A DNA stretch of 62,785 bases from an uncultured Leptospirales bacterium (GCA_964529965.1 CAZHAD010000004.1:10358-73142); one strand, 5' to 3'. Positions 1 through 10,811 are shown, counted from the stretch's first letter. A program made the numbers and translations. The notes: generated from the sequence alone by a model not told the origin.

Positions 1-2
1 GG

Positions 3-203
3 GTGAACCAGCACAGCGCGAAATACCGCATGGACGGGTCGGTGAGGATCGTGGTAGCGCATGAAAATCCCGGCGCCGACAACTGGGTCGATACCGTGGG
101 CCATCGCCAGGGGACCATGCTCCTCAGATGGGTGGGGGCGGAGGAGCATCCGGACCCGAAGACGAGGGTCGTGAAATTAGCTGATATTAATAACCTTGAA
201 TAG
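3..203 (+). CDS. 3' end of a CDS truncated by the window edge; product unknown
   Basis: The open frame enters from the window edge and ends at TAG 201-203. The 66 visible residues contain no diagnostic motif. Confidence 0.4.
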   Translation: MNQHSAKYRMDGSVRIVVAHENPGADNWVDTVGHRQGTMLLRWVGAEEHPDPKTRVVKLADINNLE

Positions 204-228
204 AAACTATATGCTTTCATTAAGCAGG

Positions 229-340
229 CCCCCCAACCCCCCGGAGGGGGGCTGATCCCCAACGGCCTGCGGCTACCTCCCCCTTGTCAAGGAGGAAGGT
301 AGGAGTGAGTTTCAAGTCCCCCTCTGGGGGATTTAGGGGG
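229..340. repeat. Cluster of short GC-rich palindromes (CCCCCC-GGA-GGGGGG 237-251; CCTCC-N10-GGAGG 276-295; CCCCC-TCT-GGGGG 318-330)
   Basis: The inverted repeats were read directly. The string GGCCCCCCAACC resembles GGCCCCCAACC at 24660-24670. Confidence 0.5.
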
Positions 341-365
341 CTGTATAAAATATACAAGGTATAAC

Positions 366-1655
366 ATGAATGCACCGAACAAAATCACTTCGACTGAATA
401 TGCAAAACCCTACCGGCCGCTGCTCGTCGCAGGAATAAATCGCATCAGCCGAGCGGCTGGGAGGATTTTCCGCACGGGGAGGGCCTTCAATGCGGATTCC
501 CTTATGGCTGCGGCCGTACGAAAGACCACGTTGAGCGATTTCGGGGACGAATCGTTTGCAATGCGGATGCGGATCCTGTTGCGATCACTGGAGCTTGAGG
601 CGAGGCTTCATCCAGTCGGACGCTTCATGATACGCCAGAACCTCGTGCGTTTTCTGACCAACCGCCTCAGGATCGAGGAGGCGTTCGCGGCGCACCCGGG
701 GATAGCGGATATTCCGATGCAGGACCCGGTGTTCGTCGTGGGGCTCCAGCGCACCGGCACCACCATGCTTCATCGCCTCCTCGCCGCAGATGCCGACAAC
801 TTCCGCTTCCTCGCTTCATGGGAGGCGATAAACCCGGCCCCGTTCCCGCGCGGCAGGAGCGCGGGCGGCCGCGATCCGCGCGTGAAGGCGGCGCTTATGG
901 GTCAGAAGGCGCTGAAATACCTGGCGCCTGATTTTTTCGCCATCCATCCGGTGGACGCGTTCGGACCGGAGGAAGACTGCATGCTCTTTGACTTTGATTT
1001 TTGGAGCACGGTCCCCGAGGCGACCATGAGGGTGCCGGGTTTCTCACGGTGGCTCGAGGGGCAGGATCACACGCCGGCGTATCGGTATTATAAAAAAATT
1101 CTGAAGTTCCTCTACTGGCAGAATCCGCGGGGAAGGTGGGTTTTGAAAACGCCCCAGCACATGGAGCATTTCGACGAGATATTCCGCGTGTTTCCCGGGG
1201 CCGTAATCATCCAGACCCACCGCGATCCCCTGCGGGTCGTGGCTTCGTTCTGCAGCATGGTTTCGCATGCATACGGGGTCTTCAGCGACGAGGTCGATCC
1301 GGCGGAGATCGGAAGGCATTGGAGCAGAAAAGCCCTTACAATGGTGAATCATTCCATGGATATACGAAGAAAGGTCGGTGCCGGCCATTTCATCGACATA
1401 CAATACGCGGATCTCGTTTCAGATACGGCCGGAGTGATGCGTCGCATCTACGGGTTCCTCGGGGTTCCCTTCACCGACAAGGTCGAGCGGTCGGTGCTTC
1501 AGTGGGTGCGGGACAACCCCCAGCACCGGTACGGCCGCCACAGGTACCGGCTGGAGGATTTCGGGCTTTCGGGACCGGAGCTTGCGAAAATGTTCGGGGC
1601 GTACCGTGCACGTTTCAATATACCGGAGGAAGGGGCACATGGCCGGCGCTCCTGA
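366..1655 (+). CDS. Sulfotransferase family protein
   Basis: 429 aa. 'VVGLQRTGTTMLHRLL' matches the PAPS 5'-phosphosulfate-binding loop. 'QTHRDPLRVVASFCS' matches the 3'-phosphate-binding motif. Confidence 0.8.
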   Translation: MNAPNKITSTEYAKPYRPLLVAGINRISRAAGRIFRTGRAFNADSLMAAAVRKTTLSDFGDESFAMRMRILLRSLELEARLHPVGRFMIRQNLVRFLTNRLRIEEAFAAHPGIADIPMQDPVFVVGLQRTGTTMLHRLLAADADNFRFLASWEAINPAPFPRGRSAGGRDPRVKAALMGQKALKYLAPDFFAIHPVDAFGPEEDCMLFDFDFWSTVPEATMRVPGFSRWLEGQDHTPAYRYYKKILKFLYWQNPRGRWVLKTPQHMEHFDEIFRVFPGAVIIQTHRDPLRVVASFCSMVSHAYGVFSDEVDPAEIGRHWSRKALTMVNHSMDIRRKVGAGHFIDIQYADLVSDTAGVMRRIYGFLGVPFTDKVERSVLQWVRDNPQHRYGRHRYRLEDFGLSGPELAKMFGAYRARFNIPEEGAHGRRS

Positions 1656-2511
1656 CCTTTCAGGGAAATGCTGCATGGTGACCGGCGCCACGAGCGGCCA
1701 CGGCAGGGCGGTCGCCGGGGCGCTCGCGGCCATGGGAGCGGACACGGTGCTTGTCGGAAGGAGCCTGGAAAAATGCTTCGCCGTCCAGAGCGAGATTCGA
1801 GCCATGGGTGCGCGAAAGCCGGGGATCCTGGTCTGCGACCTCTCCTCACTGACGGACATACGCCGGGCGGCGGAGGAGTTTTTATCGCTGGACATGCCGC
1901 TCCACATACTGGTGAACAACGCGGGACTCGTGAGCGAGCGTTACCGCGAAACCGTCGACGGTTTTGAGGAAACGTTTGCGGTCAACTACCTGGCAATGTT
2001 CCTGCTTACCCTGCTGCTTATTGAGCGGATCAGGAAAAGCGCGCCGGCGCGCATCATCAACATCTCCTCCGACACGCATTACATGGCGGACCTTGACATG
2101 GACGACATCGAGGGAAGGCGCAGGCGCTATTCATTCCTTTCGGCGTACGGCAGGTCAAAGCTCGCCATCGTATATTTTACCCGCGAGCTCGCCCGGAGGC
2201 TTTCCGGCACCGGCGTGACCGTGAACGCGGTTGACCCGGGGCCGGTCCGGTCGAACATCGCAAACAAGCCGGGCGCGCTGGCCGCGGTGGCCCGCGCGAT
2301 CATCCGCGCCACCTTTCCCAGGCCGGAAAGGGCTGCCAGGACCGCGGTGTACTGCGCCGCATCGGAGGAGCTTGAGGGCGCGAGCGGCGGATACTACCGG
2401 TTTATGAAGAAAAAGGAGCCGCGGGTTTCATCCGATCCTGAATTCGGCGCACGGCTCTGGGAGATGAGCGTGCGCATGGTCGGCATTGACACGAATACAT
2501 TCGGGCTGTGA
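1639..2511 (+). CDS. Short-chain dehydrogenase/reductase (SDR) family oxidoreductase
   Basis: Contains 'VTGATSGHGRAV' (TGxxxGxG), 'NNAG' and the catalytic 'YGRSK' (YxxxK). ATG 1639 is preceded by GGAGGAAGGGG. The track ORF start at 1582 overlaps the upstream gene, so it is probably too long. Confidence 0.88.
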   Translation: MAGAPDLSGKCCMVTGATSGHGRAVAGALAAMGADTVLVGRSLEKCFAVQSEIRAMGARKPGILVCDLSSLTDIRRAAEEFLSLDMPLHILVNNAGLVSERYRETVDGFEETFAVNYLAMFLLTLLLIERIRKSAPARIINISSDTHYMADLDMDDIEGRRRRYSFLSAYGRSKLAIVYFTRELARRLSGTGVTVNAVDPGPVRSNIANKPGALAAVARAIIRATFPRPERAARTAVYCAASEELEGASGGYYRFMKKKEPRVSSDPEFGARLWEMSVRMVGIDTNTFGL

Positions 2512-2542
2512 CCCGGAAATAACGTTTATTAAAGAGGACGCA

Positions 2543-2938
2543 ATGAATAGAATTCTTATTTCCTGCGCGCTCCTGGCGCTTTTTCTCTCACGCGCCTGCG
2601 TGACCGTGCCTGCAAAATGGGACGAGGCGAGGCTCAACACGGCGGCGGACCAGTGCAAGGAGGAGTATCGCGCAAAAGAGCCTTCCACATCGGGCTGGTA
2701 TGATCTAAAGACCCAGGAGAGGAACAAAAAAAAGAAGGAATACGACGAATACAAAAAACAGCAGCTCGAGCTTTACCGGGCGGTGTATAATTTCAAAAAA
2801 ATATATCAGGCCGCGGTGGACGACGAAGGGAAATGCAGGAGGGACGCGTGTAAGACCCTGGAAAAATTACGAAAACAGATTACGGATGCATGTCCAACCG
2901 CCGGAGAATCGTTCCCCGTGCTGGTTCCACAACAATGA
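2543..2938 (+). CDS. Hypothetical secreted, lysine-rich protein
   Basis: ATG 2543 follows AAAGAGGA. The N-terminus 'MNRILISCALLALFLSRACV' looks like a signal peptide. No catalytic motif was seen. Confidence 0.55.
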   Translation: MNRILISCALLALFLSRACVTVPAKWDEARLNTAADQCKEEYRAKEPSTSGWYDLKTQERNKKKKEYDEYKKQQLELYRAVYNFKKIYQAAVDDEGKCRRDACKTLEKLRKQITDACPTAGESFPVLVPQQ

Positions 2939-3297
2939 TCATCATATACAATACCCGATTCCTCCAGTCGATCGGTTCCCGGGTGCCCGGCATAAGGGGA
3001 ATCACCCTGTTTCCGTTCATCATATTGCGCGAGGATATCAAGGGGAGCCCTGAAGCGGGGGAGACGATCAACCATGAGCTCATCCACGCCCGCCAGCAGA
3101 CCGAGCTTCTGGTGCTTTTGTTTGCATTATGGTATCTTATATCCTATATAGCCGGAAGGCTCAAAGGGCTCGGAAGATACGAGGCGTATCGAAACATCAT
3201 ATTCGAACGGGAGGCGTTCGACATGATGCATGATCCCGAGTACCTGGGTTGGAGAAGGCCTTTTTCTTTTTTGAAATACCGCAAAAGAAGACCTTGA
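2935..3297 (+). CDS. Small HExxH protein (putative zinc metallopeptidase-like, one hydrophobic helix)
   Basis: The start overlaps the upstream stop as ATGA. Contains an 'INHELIHARQ' HExxH motif followed by the hydrophobic stretch 'LLVLLFALWYLISYIAG'. Confidence 0.55.
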   Translation: MIIIYNTRFLQSIGSRVPGIRGITLFPFIILREDIKGSPEAGETINHELIHARQQTELLVLLFALWYLISYIAGRLKGLGRYEAYRNIIFEREAFDMMHDPEYLGWRRPFSFLKYRKRRP

Positions 3298-3318
3298 TTT
3301 TATTTGCACAATTGTCCG

Positions 3319-4446
3319 TCACGAGGCGAGATCCATCTTGACCGCAAGGAAATTCATGATGTCCTTGAGGCTGATCATGCCCGTGAGTTTCCCGTCCTGC
3401 ACGACCATGAGCCGGCTCGCCCGGTTCCTGTTCATCAGGGCGAGTGCGTCCATGACGTCATCATCGGGACCGACCGTATTGTCGGGGCCGCACGCCGACA
3501 TGAAGCTTCTCACATTGGATATGCTCCGCTTTTCCTTCGGGACGTGCTTTATGTCCTTGATCGTTATGCACCCCAGGAGCTTTTCATGGTCGATGACCGG
3601 ATACATTTTATAATGATGGCGATAGATGAAATTTTCCACGAGCTCCTCGATGGACGTATCCGCGGTGACGGTGACCGGCTCCTGATTCATGAACCTTCGC
3701 ACCGGAAACCCCTCGAGGGTGTTGCGGATGACCACCTGCTGGTACGAGCCGTGGGCGGCGCTGCGGAGGAACATCCCTATGAGAAAGTACCACATGCCGC
3801 CGATGAAATTTCCCATCACCACGTTCACGATGCCGTAGAGTATGAGTCCGATGCCGGCGATTGAGCCCAATTTCGACGCGATGTTGGTCGCCCATCGCAG
3901 GTCTTTTTTCCATTTCCACAGTATGGATCGGAAGATCCTGCCCCCGTCAAGGGGAAACGCGGGTATAAGGTTGAATCCGGCGAGAATGAAATTCATAAGC
4001 GCGAGATAGCCGAGCAGGCCCGTCACCGGGGTCGGCACCTGGTTGATGCGGCAGGCGTAATAGGCGCCGTACAATGCCGCACCGATCAGAATGCTCGAGG
4101 CGGGGCCGGCAGCCGCCATGGCCAGCTCGACGCGCGGGCTTTTCGGCTCCTCGCTCATCTCCGCGACCCCGCCGAAGATGAACAGGGTTATGCCCCGTAT
4201 CTGGAGCCCGTATTTTCGGGCGACCAGTGAGTGGGAGAGCTCATGCAGCACGATGGAAAAGAAGAGTCCGACCGCCCCAGCCGCACCCATATACCAGTAG
4301 TAGGCCGTCGGCAGGCCGGGGTAGTAGTAGGGGAACACCCCCTTGGCGAGCGACCAGGTAATGAGGAGTCCCAGGATGAGCCAGCTCAGGTCGATTTTCA
4401 CTTTAAATCCGAACAGGGAAAACAGAGTGATGCCTTTCGTATTCAT
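3319..4446 (-). CDS. Site-2 protease family (peptidase M50) zinc metalloprotease with C-terminal CBS pair
   Basis: 375 aa. 'HELSHSLVARKYG' HExxH sits in a polytopic membrane region, with a later 'NLIPAFPLDGGR' motif. The C-terminus has tandem CBS-like repeats ('VMNQEPVTV...', 'LMVVQDGKLTGMISLKDI'). Confidence 0.9.
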   Translation of the reverse strand: MNTKGITLFSLFGFKVKIDLSWLILGLLITWSLAKGVFPYYYPGLPTAYYWYMGAAGAVGLFFSIVLHELSHSLVARKYGLQIRGITLFIFGGVAEMSEEPKSPRVELAMAAAGPASSILIGAALYGAYYACRINQVPTPVTGLLGYLALMNFILAGFNLIPAFPLDGGRIFRSILWKWKKDLRWATNIASKLGSIAGIGLILYGIVNVVMGNFIGGMWYFLIGMFLRSAAHGSYQQVVIRNTLEGFPVRRFMNQEPVTVTADTSIEELVENFIYRHHYKMYPVIDHEKLLGCITIKDIKHVPKEKRSISNVRSFMSACGPDNTVGPDDDVMDALALMNRNRASRLMVVQDGKLTGMISLKDIMNFLAVKMDLAS

Positions 4447-4706
4447 AATTAAATTCTGCCTTTCTTGTTTTTTTGATTTTGCCCGGTTCAGATGTTTGTG
4501 CGTCTCTGAACTGAATGACTTTCAACATATTACGAGTATTAGTTGATCGGTTTTTCGATGCCGGAACATACCGTAATTAATTGAAAATAAACAAAAATTG
4601 ATTCCCGGTCAAGACAGAATTCCGTAACCGGATCTTTTTTGGATGAAAATTCTTATTGACTTCATTATTTTTAGACGGCAGTTATTCCTTCAATGGATGA
4701 TCCGGA

Positions 4707-5480
4707 TTGCTTCCCGATAAAGTAACTATTACAGGCCATCGATATTCCGGCTCCGGTATGGAGCCGGTGGATATCACCGTATGCGCTGAATATCACGTGT
4801 CCGTTATGATCAACGGCAGGCCGTGCGTGACGATCGCGTGCTCCGGGTCCGACCTGGAGCTTCTGGCCGCGGGTCACCTGGCGTCGGAGGGGATCATATG
4901 CTCGCAAAACGAGATCGCCAGGGTGGAGGTGGACGAGAAGGCGCTGACGGTAAACGTGGTGACCGCCCCCGGCGCTGAGGTATTCGGCCGCCTGATGAAC
5001 GTGCGCACGCTCGTGTCCGGGTGCGCGGGCGCGGGTCCGAGCGCCGTGTGCGCCGTTCCCGCAGCGGGAGTCCCCTGCCGTATAGAAGCCCGTACGATCA
5101 TTTCGATGATGAAGGAATTCCTCGGATTGTCGGACACCTACCGCCTTACCCACGGCGTACACAGCGCCGCGCTGTACGATGCGGGAGGTGAGAGGGTCGC
5201 GTTTTTCGACGAGATCGGCAGGCATAACGCGGTGGACAAGCTCATAGGGCTCACGCTTGCCCGAGGCATGGCAACGGAGCGGATGATCCTCCTGACCACA
5301 GGAAGGGTTTCGAGCGAAATCGTATCAAAGGCGGCGCTTGCATGCATCCCGGGGATCGTCACCAGGGCCGCCCCCACCAGCATGGCCGTCGATATGGCGC
5401 GTGAAATGAACATCATCCTGGTGACCGGAGTGCGCGGACGAGGGTTTTTCGTTCATCATGGCGCGGAATACATTGAGTGA
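4707..5480 (+). CDS. fdhD: Formate dehydrogenase accessory sulfurtransferase FdhD
   Basis: Contains the 'GRHNAVDKLIG' signature and 'SGCAGAG' loop typical of FdhD. The TTG start is uncertain. Confidence 0.85.
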   Translation: MLPDKVTITGHRYSGSGMEPVDITVCAEYHVSVMINGRPCVTIACSGSDLELLAAGHLASEGIICSQNEIARVEVDEKALTVNVVTAPGAEVFGRLMNVRTLVSGCAGAGPSAVCAVPAAGVPCRIEARTIISMMKEFLGLSDTYRLTHGVHSAALYDAGGERVAFFDEIGRHNAVDKLIGLTLARGMATERMILLTTGRVSSEIVSKAALACIPGIVTRAAPTSMAVDMAREMNIILVTGVRGRGFFVHHGAEYIE

Positions 5481-5491
5481 GCGGGTGCTTT

Positions 5492-6331
5492 CTACGGTCT
5501 TTTGTAACCCACTTGCAGAGCGGCGCTGTCAAGGTTGGCGGTGAGCACGTTTTCAACCGTCAGATCACACCGGTCGAAATCCTCGAATTTATCCAGGCGT
5601 ACCGTCTTGATGTAACCGTTACAGGCGTGACATATATCGATACGGCAGCGGGACCCGCCATCCGGGGACAGATACTCCAGGTTGCGGGCATCTTCAGAGC
5701 CGCACACTCCGCAGGCGATGCGCCGGTAGGCCCACCGGTTTTCGCATAGGGAGCACTGAAGAAATCGTTTACCGTGTCTTTCGCCTACGATGGCGGCCAT
5801 ATCCGGGTAGTATCCGCAGAAGGGGCAGAGTCGGCGTGATTCATCCTGAAGGATTGTAAGCTCCTCGTTCGCCTCGCGCAGAGCCACGAAAAACGGCTTC
5901 AGCAAATTCGTCATCAGAAAAATTCCCTGATCCCGGTCTGTCTTGATCGCCGCGGCAAGCCGTTCCAATTTAGCGGCGTTTCTGTGCAGGAATGCGCCTG
6001 CGAATTCGGGCAGGGCGCCGCCCCGAAGCGCCCCGGCCAGCGGTTCAGAGTTCATTCCCGGATAATGCCTGGCCATGAGCTCAAGCAGCGGCCCCAGGCC
6101 GGGAACAACGACCCAAAGGGAGCGTTCAAGGAATTCCGCGGGGGCATTATCCGATAAAGGCAGTTCTTTCACCTGAAACGAGGGTAACATCCCGGCAGAG
6201 GAGTAATGCTCGTATTGTTGCCGCTGGTATGCAAACAGGCTGTCGTAGAATTCGGTCATTTCTGGTGTGAAGGATTCGCTGTTCCCGGCACTGTCCGCCC
6301 TATTCTTTAAATGAGTAGAATGGTTTTGCAT
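5492..6331 (-). CDS. fdhE: Formate dehydrogenase accessory protein FdhE
   Basis: Four CxxC pairs are present: 'CPFCG', 'CSLCEN', 'CGVCG', 'CHACNGY'. It sits immediately downstream of fdhAB-mobA. Confidence 0.85.
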   Translation of the reverse strand: MQNHSTHLKNRADSAGNSESFTPEMTEFYDSLFAYQRQQYEHYSSAGMLPSFQVKELPLSDNAPAEFLERSLWVVVPGLGPLLELMARHYPGMNSEPLAGALRGGALPEFAGAFLHRNAAKLERLAAAIKTDRDQGIFLMTNLLKPFFVALREANEELTILQDESRRLCPFCGYYPDMAAIVGERHGKRFLQCSLCENRWAYRRIACGVCGSEDARNLEYLSPDGGSRCRIDICHACNGYIKTVRLDKFEDFDRCDLTVENVLTANLDSAALQVGYKRP

Positions 6332-6356
6332 CGTTTCTCCTTGTCACAGATATTCC

Positions 6357-6947
6357 TTAGTCGAGAGCCTCGTCCGGGTAATTGATGTTTCTGAAGACCC
6401 GCGCGGGATCCGCGAACCTTCGTATCTCGTTCTCGGACACGGTGCGGACCGATACCTCGCCGTAGAAGCTGACGATCCTGCGCCGGCCCTGCACAAGGCG
6501 CGTTTCCATAGGACCCAGGCATGATTTTGCATACACGGCGTGGAGCGGCTCGTACTCGCCGTTCACGAGAGGGACAGTCACATCATATCCCTTCGATTCA
6601 CCGGCCATGAATTGTATGAGGCCGGGGTTAAGATCAGGCATGTCGCAGGCGAACACGAACGTGCGTTCGGTAGCGGCGTGCGCCAGTGCGGAATGGACCC
6701 CGCCGAACGGGCCGGTTCCGGGATGGATGTCGACATAGCAGGGGAGGCCGAGAAAGGCGAACCTCTCGGCGTCATCGGAAATGATCGACGGAGGTCCCAG
6801 GGCCGAGCCGACGATTTCCGCCACTCGTGCAATCAGGGGTCTCCCCCTGTATATGAAGAGCGCCTTGTCCGCGCCGAAGCGCCTGCTTTGCCCTCCGGCG
6901 ATTATGAATGCGGATATTCCCTCTTGTCCCATCGCACGCCTCCGCAA
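6357..6947 (-). CDS. mobA: Molybdenum cofactor guanylyltransferase MobA
   Basis: The 'FIIAGGQSRRFGADKAL' N-terminal nucleotide-binding motif is present. The start may instead be ATG 6932. Confidence 0.85.
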   Translation of the reverse strand: MRRRAMGQEGISAFIIAGGQSRRFGADKALFIYRGRPLIARVAEIVGSALGPPSIISDDAERFAFLGLPCYVDIHPGTGPFGGVHSALAHAATERTFVFACDMPDLNPGLIQFMAGESKGYDVTVPLVNGEYEPLHAVYAKSCLGPMETRLVQGRRRIVSFYGEVSVRTVSENEIRRFADPARVFRNINYPDEALD

Positions 6948-7031
6948 TGTCCGGCCGCAGCTGCGTAGACCGGACTTTGCTTTTGAACAATAGCCCTTCC
7001 GTGCGGATGCGTGATTAGACTGCGTTCCCGG

Positions 7032-7835
7032 TCATCCCACAATGCTGCGGGACAGCCGGTACGCGGCCCTCTTGAGAGAAGGGATTCCGAGCGCCGCGCG
7101 TGAAAGAAGCCGGTACACGTCGCGCACCGACTCCGACTTTGCCGCGTCCGCCGCCTTCGGCTTGAGCGGAAGGCCGTATTTCTCGGGAGAATCTTTCAGG
7201 ATCGTGATGACCCTGAGGCCGCCGAACTGGGTTTCCCCGTATAAGGAGGCGCGGGGATACTTGTTGCGCGCCTGATGTATGACCGCCTTGGCCTTTTTCA
7301 ATAAAAGACCGCGTTCTCCGTAAGAGAGCGCTCCCGTCGGACAGTTGGTGGCGCATGCAGGCACGCTCCTCCTGTTGGCGGTGCACGCATCGCACTTGTA
7401 TGATTTTTCCCCTTGTATCGCTTTTTTCAGGCCGTACATCTGTCTGTTTTTATCAAGAACGTGCGGGACCTGATACACGCATTCGCTTTCGCACGCCCCG
7501 CAACCGATGCATTTCGACTGGTCTATCACCACCCATCCGTCCATCTTGGAGATGGCCGACTGGGGGCATACCCGTATGCAATTTGCCTCTTCGCAGTGAT
7601 TGCATTTGAGGTGCAGCATCTCCCAGATAGGCCGGCCAGGATAGCTCCTGTCCGCAGTGAAAAATTTGACATGGTTGAATGTGATCGCCGAGAGCTTGGC
7701 GGGATTGGTGTATTCCGGCCCCCCGAAGAAGGAGGTTTTCTCGGGGGGAAGGTTGTTCCACTGCTTGCAGGCCACCTGGCATGAGCGGCATCCGGTGCAC
7801 CTGATCGTATCGACTAAAAACGCTTTTCCGGTCAT
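7032..7835 (-). CDS. fdhB: Formate dehydrogenase iron-sulfur (beta) subunit, 4Fe-4S ferredoxin type
   Basis: Contains 'CTGCRSCQVACKQWN', 'CNHCEEANCIRVCP', 'CIGCGACESEC' and 'CDAC...CATNCPTGA' cluster motifs. It lies 3 nt downstream of fdhA. Confidence 0.85.
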   Translation of the reverse strand: MTGKAFLVDTIRCTGCRSCQVACKQWNNLPPEKTSFFGGPEYTNPAKLSAITFNHVKFFTADRSYPGRPIWEMLHLKCNHCEEANCIRVCPQSAISKMDGWVVIDQSKCIGCGACESECVYQVPHVLDKNRQMYGLKKAIQGEKSYKCDACTANRRSVPACATNCPTGALSYGERGLLLKKAKAVIHQARNKYPRASLYGETQFGGLRVITILKDSPEKYGLPLKPKAADAAKSESVRDVYRLLSRAALGIPSLKRAAYRLSRSIVG

Positions 7836-7838
7836 TGG

Positions 7839-10811
7839 TTACGCCTCCTTCCTGATGTTTACCAGAAACGCCTTGAACTCCGGAATCATGGTGTTGGCGT
7901 CGCCGATCGAGGGGGTGAGCTTGTTTGCGGGGTCACCCGTAGCCCCGCCTGCATGGCCGAAGTGCCATATCATCCCTACCTGTTCCACCGGTTTGCCGTT
8001 GATTAAAAGCGGCTGAACGCGGTCCGTGACCAGCGCGTAAGCCGATATCCTGCCCCGTGCGTTGTAGATGCGCACCCGGTCGCCGTTCTTTATCCCCTTG
8101 GCCTTTGCCAGGGACGGGCTGATTTCGCAGAACATGTCCGGAACCAGCTCGGTGAGCCATGGCAGGTTCCTCGTCATCGCGCCCGCTTGCCAGTGCTCGA
8201 CCACGCGGTACGAGGTGGCGACATACGGGTACTTATCCGGGCTCCCGAATTCGCGTCTGACCGAAGCGAGGATCACGGCCGCGGGGTTGACCTTCTGGCT
8301 GTTGAACAGGTTGCGCACGGGGCTTTCCATCGGCTCGTAATGCTCGGGGAAGGGGCCGTCTGCAAGCGCCTTGCCCGCCGCGAATATCCTGGCCACTCCC
8401 TCCGGAATCATGATGAAGGGATTTTTATCTGTGGGACCGGACTTGGGTCCGCCATCCACGACGTCGCCCTTCCATGCGGATTCGGTCCACTTCACGACCC
8501 ACCGGTCCGGGCACCAGGGCTCGCCCTTCCGGTTCACGGCCGCACGGTTGTAGATGATGCGCCGGTTCACCGGCCAGCACCATGCCCATTCCGGGAACAT
8601 GCCGATCCTGTTCAGCGCATCCGTTCCGTTGCGGCGGGCCATCATGTTCTGGCCCGGATAGCTGCCGCTGTAGAGCCAGTTTCCGCATGCGGTGGAGCCG
8701 TCGTCCTTGAGTTCAAGGAAGTTCTTTACCTGCCGTCTGTCCGGCCAGGTGTAGCCGTTGATCTCCCTGGCCACCAGGTGAGGATCTGGCTCGTGCGCCC
8801 CCTCCGGCGTGTAGCTCCAGTTGGATTTGAGTATCGGCTCCGGGAATTTCCCCCCCTCCCTCTGATACAGAGACCGTAGCTCCCTGAATACAAGGTCGAG
8901 GATATCGAGGTCGGTCTTGGCCTTGCCGGGAGGGTTCGCCGCCTTGTAGCGCCACTGGGCCCAGCGGCCCGAATTGGAAATGCTCCCCTCCTTCTCGACC
9001 GAAGCGGCCGCCGGAAGGAGAAAAATCTCAGTCTTGATGCGAGTCGGGTTGGCTCCGGGACGCTTCCAGAAGGTGGAGGAATCGGTCTCCCACAGGTCGG
9101 CCACCACGAGCCAGTCCAGCTTTTCCATGGCCCTGCCGATCCGGTTCGCATTGGGACCTCCCACGATCGGGTTGGTTCCCATGTAAAAGGCGCCCTTGAT
9201 GACGCGTTTGAGCATGTCCTCGTAAAGGGCGATGAAGGATGCGGGCTTGCTGAATTTCGGCAGCCAATCGAAGCAGAAATCGTTGCTCTTCGTGGCCGCA
9301 TCCCCGAACCATGCCTTGAGAAGGCTCACCAGGTATTTGGGCCGGTGGGCCCACCAGTTGATGCTCATCGGGTCGGAGGTCTGCGGCGTCTTCTTATTAT
9401 ATTCTTCAAAGGTCGGGTAGTCCTTCACGCTGGGCGCCGGCAGATAGCCCGGCATGATATGAAAAAGAAGGGCGTGGTCCGTCGACCCCTGCACGTTCGA
9501 TTCTCCACGAAGCGCGTTGATTCCTCCCCCGGCCAGGCCGATGTTGCCCATCAGGAGCTGGAGCACGGAAAACGCCCTCACATTCTGCGTGCCCACCGTG
9601 TGCTGGGTGATGCCCATGGCATACATGATGGTTGCGACCCGGTCCTGCCTGAAAGTGGATGTGAATATCTCGGCGACGTTAAGAAATGTTTCCTTCGGGC
9701 AGCCGGTCACCGCCTCTACCTTCTCCGGCGTATACCTGCTGTAGTGCGCCTTCATGAGCTGGTATACGCACCGCGGGTCCTTGAGGCTCAGATCGCGCTT
9801 CGGCAGCTTTTTGCCGTCGAGCTGATACGTCCAGGACTTCCGCTCTCCATACCCTCGCGCGCGCGCATTATACCCGGAAAAAAGCCCGTCGTGAAACCTG
9901 TATTCGGGGCTCACCAGGTAGGAGGCGTTGGTGTACTCGACGACGTATTCCTTCTGAACGCGGTCGTTTTGAAGCGCATAGTTTATCATTCCTCCGAGAA
10001 AGGCGATGTCGGTGCCGGAGCGCAGGGGAGCGTATACGGACGCCTGCGAGGCGGATCTGGTGTAACGGGGATCCACGACGATCAGCTTCGCTCTCCGCTC
10101 CTCCATGGCCTTGAGCACCCAGCGGAATGATATGGGATGGTTTTCAGCGGCGTTGCTCCCCATGATGAGGATGACGTCCGCGTTTTTAATGTCTATCCAG
10201 TGGTTTGTCATGGCACCCCGGCCGAACGAAGCCGCCAGACCGGCGACCGTGGCGGAGTGTCATATGCGCGCCTGGTGTTCCAGGTAGGTGATCCCCAGCG
10301 TGCGCGCAAACTTGACGAGCGCATAGCATTCTTCATTATCAAGCGCCGCGCCGCCGAGGCTCGCGATACCCGGGGTCCTGTTTACGGTTACCGCGCCCTC
10401 TTTTTCCTGGAACGTGGCGTCGCGCGTTTTCTTGACGCGCCTGGCGATGCGTCTCACGGCATCGTCCCATGAAATCTCCTCCCATTTAGTGCCGTACGGC
10501 TTCCGGTAACGCACCGTGGAGAGCCTTCGCTCGTTCACCGCCACCTGATACAGGGCGCTTCCCTTGGAGCAGAGCCCGCCCTCGTTGATGGGATGGTCCG
10601 GATCGCCCTCTATATTCACAATCGCGCCGTTCCTGGTTGATACTATCAGACCGCATCCTGCCCCGCAGTAGGGACAGATGGAGGTCGTCTCTTTCGTACC
10701 GCTCAGCTTGTCGACCGACCGGTACGCGGCCAGGGAAGCAGTACCGCCGACAAACGCGCCTGCGGCGGTCATTCCTGAAAGCGTCAAAAAATCCCTTCGC
10801 GTTAAAGGCAT
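7839..10811 (-). CDS. fdhA: Periplasmic (Tat-exported) formate dehydrogenase catalytic subunit, selenocysteine-containing (990 aa)
   Basis: Track fragments 10260..10931 and 7839..10211 are in one frame. Reading TGA 10260-10262 as Sec gives 'HQARI-U-HSATVAGLAASFGRGAMTNHW', the Fdh active-site context. 'MPLTRRDFLTLSGMTAAGAF' is a twin-arginine signal and 'CPYCGAGCG' is the 4Fe-4S motif. ATG 10811 is preceded by GGAGGG. Confidence 0.92.
10231..10259 (-). promoter_or_regulatory. Putative SECIS hairpin for fdhA UGA
   Basis: On the mRNA, 12 nt after UGA, the stem GUCGCC pairs with GGCGGC (6 bp including one G-U) around the loop GGUCU. Confidence 0.6.

Noticed and set aside
1136-1919. Overlapping alternative-frame ORFs within the sulfotransferase and SDR genes (1136..1681, 1419..1919, 1499..1849).
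   Set aside because: They are off-frame or antisense products of GC-rich coding sequence. They are Arg/Pro/Gly-rich with no motifs.
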